64,000 bases of DNA, from NCBI GenBank assembly GCA_904063045.1, contig CAJFCJ010000007.1, positions 1,442,698-1,506,697 on the forward strand, written 5' to 3'. Made by a program: the position numbers and the translations under genes. This document shows, one piece after another, positions 61,930 to 64,000 of this stretch; the first letter of the stretch is position 1; every line of letters starts with the position of its first letter. The stretch is from Dimorphilus gyrociliatus. Lineage: Eukaryota; Animalia; Annelida. Under the pieces are notes generated by a model. That model was given only the letters and a program-made list of their open reading frames with translations. It made no database searches and had not been told where the DNA came from.

Positions 61930-62881
61930 ATGCGAAGAGTGTTGTTTTTCGCGACCTCTGCTAGAGTCCCACTTTCTTGCTTGTTTTTCGGTCGGAGCCG
62001 CTCCACAATGGTAGGTATTTTTAATTTCAAAACATATAGTCTATAGTAAAAGTTATCGGTTTCAGAGCGGTTTCTTTGACTTTCTGCTATGTAAAACTTT
62101 TAAATACATCATAATTTTGATAGCTCTGGGATTGGGTTTACAATTTGTAGGCATAAATTATGTAGACGAAATAAAAAGTGTTTTTCAGGCAGAGGCAGAT
62201 TCCTGGAAGAAAGCGTCATCAATTTACGACTTCACCGTGAAAGATATAGATGGAAATGAAGTTTCTCTAAAAAAATATGAGTAAGTAAAAAACTTCTGTT
62301 TGAAAACATTTGAAACTGAGAGAACTATTTCAGAGATAAAGTTTGTCTCATAGTGAATGTAGCCTCTAAATGAGGTTTCACTGATTCAAACTACAAACAA
62401 CTGCAAGCTTTGCACGAAGAGCTAGCAGATTCTGGGTTACGTATTTTGGGTTTTCCCTGTAATCAATTTGGAGGTCAGGAACCTGGTACAAATGAAGAAA
62501 TAAAAGCTTTTGCCCAAGATAAATATGGTGTTAAATTTGATATGTTCTCTAAAATCGAGGTAAATGGAAACAATGCGGATCCACTTTACAAATATTTGAA
62601 AATGAAGCAAGGTGGATTTTTAGGAGAGTAAGTGTTTTCTGCAATGTCATAGTAACATATTAATTAGTACTTTAGATTAATTTCCCTAAACATCTTTTTT
62701 TTGCAGTCGTATTAAGTGGAATTTCTCGAAGTTTCTTGTTGATAAAATGGGGCAACCAGTTGATAGGTATTCGCCAACGACTAGTCCCTTTGTAAGTATA
62801 AGCAATTAAATAACCATTTAATAACTATATCTATTACTCTGATTACAGTCAATAAAAAAGGACATAACAAAGCTGCTCTAA
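61930..62881 (+). CDS. GPX4: Phospholipid hydroperoxide glutathione peroxidase, selenoprotein, 5 exons
   Basis: Exons 61930-62010, 62189-62280, 62334-62627, 62707-62791 and 62849-62881. [27 protein letters not shown](62371-62373)-[26 protein letters not shown]. Confidence 0.93.
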
Positions 62882-62954
62882 GTCTTTATTACCAGTATCC
62901 TGATTACTTAACTTTATATTATACTACGTATTGATGATTATCTCTTTGGCGCTT

Positions 62955-62994
62955 ATGATGACACTTTTTGAAAGCTTTGCGAAAAGTGTTTGAT
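62955..62994 (+). promoter_or_regulatory. SECIS element in the GPx4 3'UTR
   Basis: A-UGAU, 10-bp helix GACACUUUUU/GAAAAGUGUU, unpaired AAA 11 nt above the core, and 3' UGAU. It starts about 75 nt after the stop codon. Confidence 0.85.
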
Positions 62995-63239
62995 AAAAAT
63001 TATTCGTGCAACCCTGCCTAGTGAGATTGTCATTAATATGAAGTTTCAATATTTTGTACAAGTTCAAAGTAAAGAAAATAAATTTTTTCAAAGTATTTAT
63101 TGCACGTAGAGCTGAAATTCATTAAAAAACGATTCTCTTCGATATGACACTATACTGTAAGAAACGTCAGATAACGCAAACATTTAAACGGTTGAGCAGT
63201 TAATGCTTTAGAAAAAATATATGATATGGTATGCGTAAG

Positions 63240-64000
63240 TTATCTTCTCCTATGAATCAATAATCCGGCAAGAAATGCTCCAGTCGCGCAAATACCAGTC
63301 CAAAATATCCACTTACGCCACCGTCTTGATGTAGTATCTTGACCATCAAAAGAATCTTCTTCATATTCTGACTGTTTTTCGCTGCTTATCTATAAACGTA
63401 TAGGATTAAAACCTCCATCTATAAAAGAAAGTTTAAAAAATCAATTGACTCTTACTCGACTTCGAAATGAATTTGTAACGCCCAATGTATAGCTTAAGTC
63501 AACCTCATCAACTTCATTATTAAACGGAAAGAACCCTGTAGAACTTTTGCGACTTTTTATTGTATTTCCTGAGCCAGGTTCTGACAAATAATTTTCATTT
63601 TCCTCAACAATTGTAGCTTGCTGCAATATCAATAGATTATATGTCATAAACTTAACTTAATTATAGGTTGCCCACCCAAGAATTGCCAAGTTTTTCTAGG
63701 TAATCACGTGTATAATCTAGCAATAGGGTAGCTGTAAACTGAATCAAATCATTCAAATTTTTTTCTCCTTTTTGGATAAGTCGAAAAGCTAGATGTTGAC
63801 TGAGTAGCAAGATGAGAGTAGCCTGTATAGAGAAGTTACTAGTGATGATTATATAATTTGATAATTTATGAAACCTTTCGTAAATTGGAGAAAGTGACAC
63901 ATGAAGAAAGCAGACTGCTAACATAGGTTTTAAAAACATTATATGTTATGCTTTCTTTTTCTTTTTTAAGAATGTCATCCAATACGGCTTCTATTTGATC
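63240..64000 (-). CDS. BCL2L13: BCL2L13/Bcl-rambo-like tail-anchored Bcl-2 family protein, 3' part (5' end beyond window)
   Basis: LIQKGEKNLNDLIQFTATLLLDYTRDYLEKLGNSW-ATIVEE resembles the Bcl-rambo BH1/BH2 region. An acidic spacer follows, then the C-terminal TM WIFWTGICATGAFLAGLLIHRRR* ending at 63240. Confidence 0.65.

Noticed and set aside
63419-63455. Alternative upstream acceptor in the BCL2L13-like gene that would give a TM-less isoform
   Set aside because: The resulting intron would be only 37 nt, shorter than other introns here, and there is no supporting evidence.
1036-63939. Numerous 60-130 aa antisense or alternative-frame ORFs in the track (e.g. 1938-2219, 11658-11945, 25440-25808, 43059-43409, 60905-61617)
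   Set aside because: They are shadows of real coding exons on the opposite strand or intron read-through, with no independent coding signal.
1-64000. Transposons, CRISPR arrays, rRNA, prophage or viral genes
   Set aside because: No transposase, RT or integrase ORFs, terminal repeats or repeat-spacer arrays were seen.

Overview
This is a eukaryotic, AT-rich and very gene-dense animal genome window. It holds about 27 protein-coding genes in 64 kb, most introns are about 50-70 nt GT-AG, and many intergenic gaps are only 100-450 bp. This fits a miniaturised invertebrate genome (a compact spiralian/annelid such as Dimorphilus would fit; that is an inference, not an identification). Gene order: ZC3H3(+, partial), large Maf(+), WWOX(-), FAM92/CIBAR(+), ESRP/fusilli(+), a bacterial-type CPBP/Abi intramembrane protease with introns(-), SLC25A1(-), DHX29(+), an intronless 621-aa orphan(-), Akirin(-), SHPRH(+), VAP(-), NOB1(+), ZCCHC2/14(-), KLHDC4(+), a short Mondo/ChREBP-like bHLH-Zip(+), ARHGAP1/8(-), WDR59(+), CMSS1(-), GTF3C3(+), EBNA1BP2(-), GFOD(-), PDIA4(-), FAM117/GLCCI1(+), ECHS1(-), selenoprotein GPx4(+), BCL2L13-like(-, partial). 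I found no tRNA, rRNA, CRISPR or transposon. Strongest observations: (1) a ZC3H3>Maf><WWOX<>FAM92>ESRP block that appears to unite gene pairs that are neighbours on separate human paralogons, with three perfect CRE palindromes at the Maf/WWOX junction; (2) a candidate intron-bearing, horizontally acquired CPBP protease; (3) a Mondo lacking the whole glucose-sensing N-terminus; (4) GPx4 with an in-frame UGA, a SECIS and a dual-ATG mitochondrial leader; (5) a U12-type intron in ESRP; (6) a WWOX whose SDR YxxxK lysine is displaced; (7) candidate mutually exclusive micro-exons in WDR59; (8) convergent genes with overlapping stop codons. Gene names come from recognising conserved motifs by eye, human locus comparisons are from memory, and exon boundaries were inferred manually.
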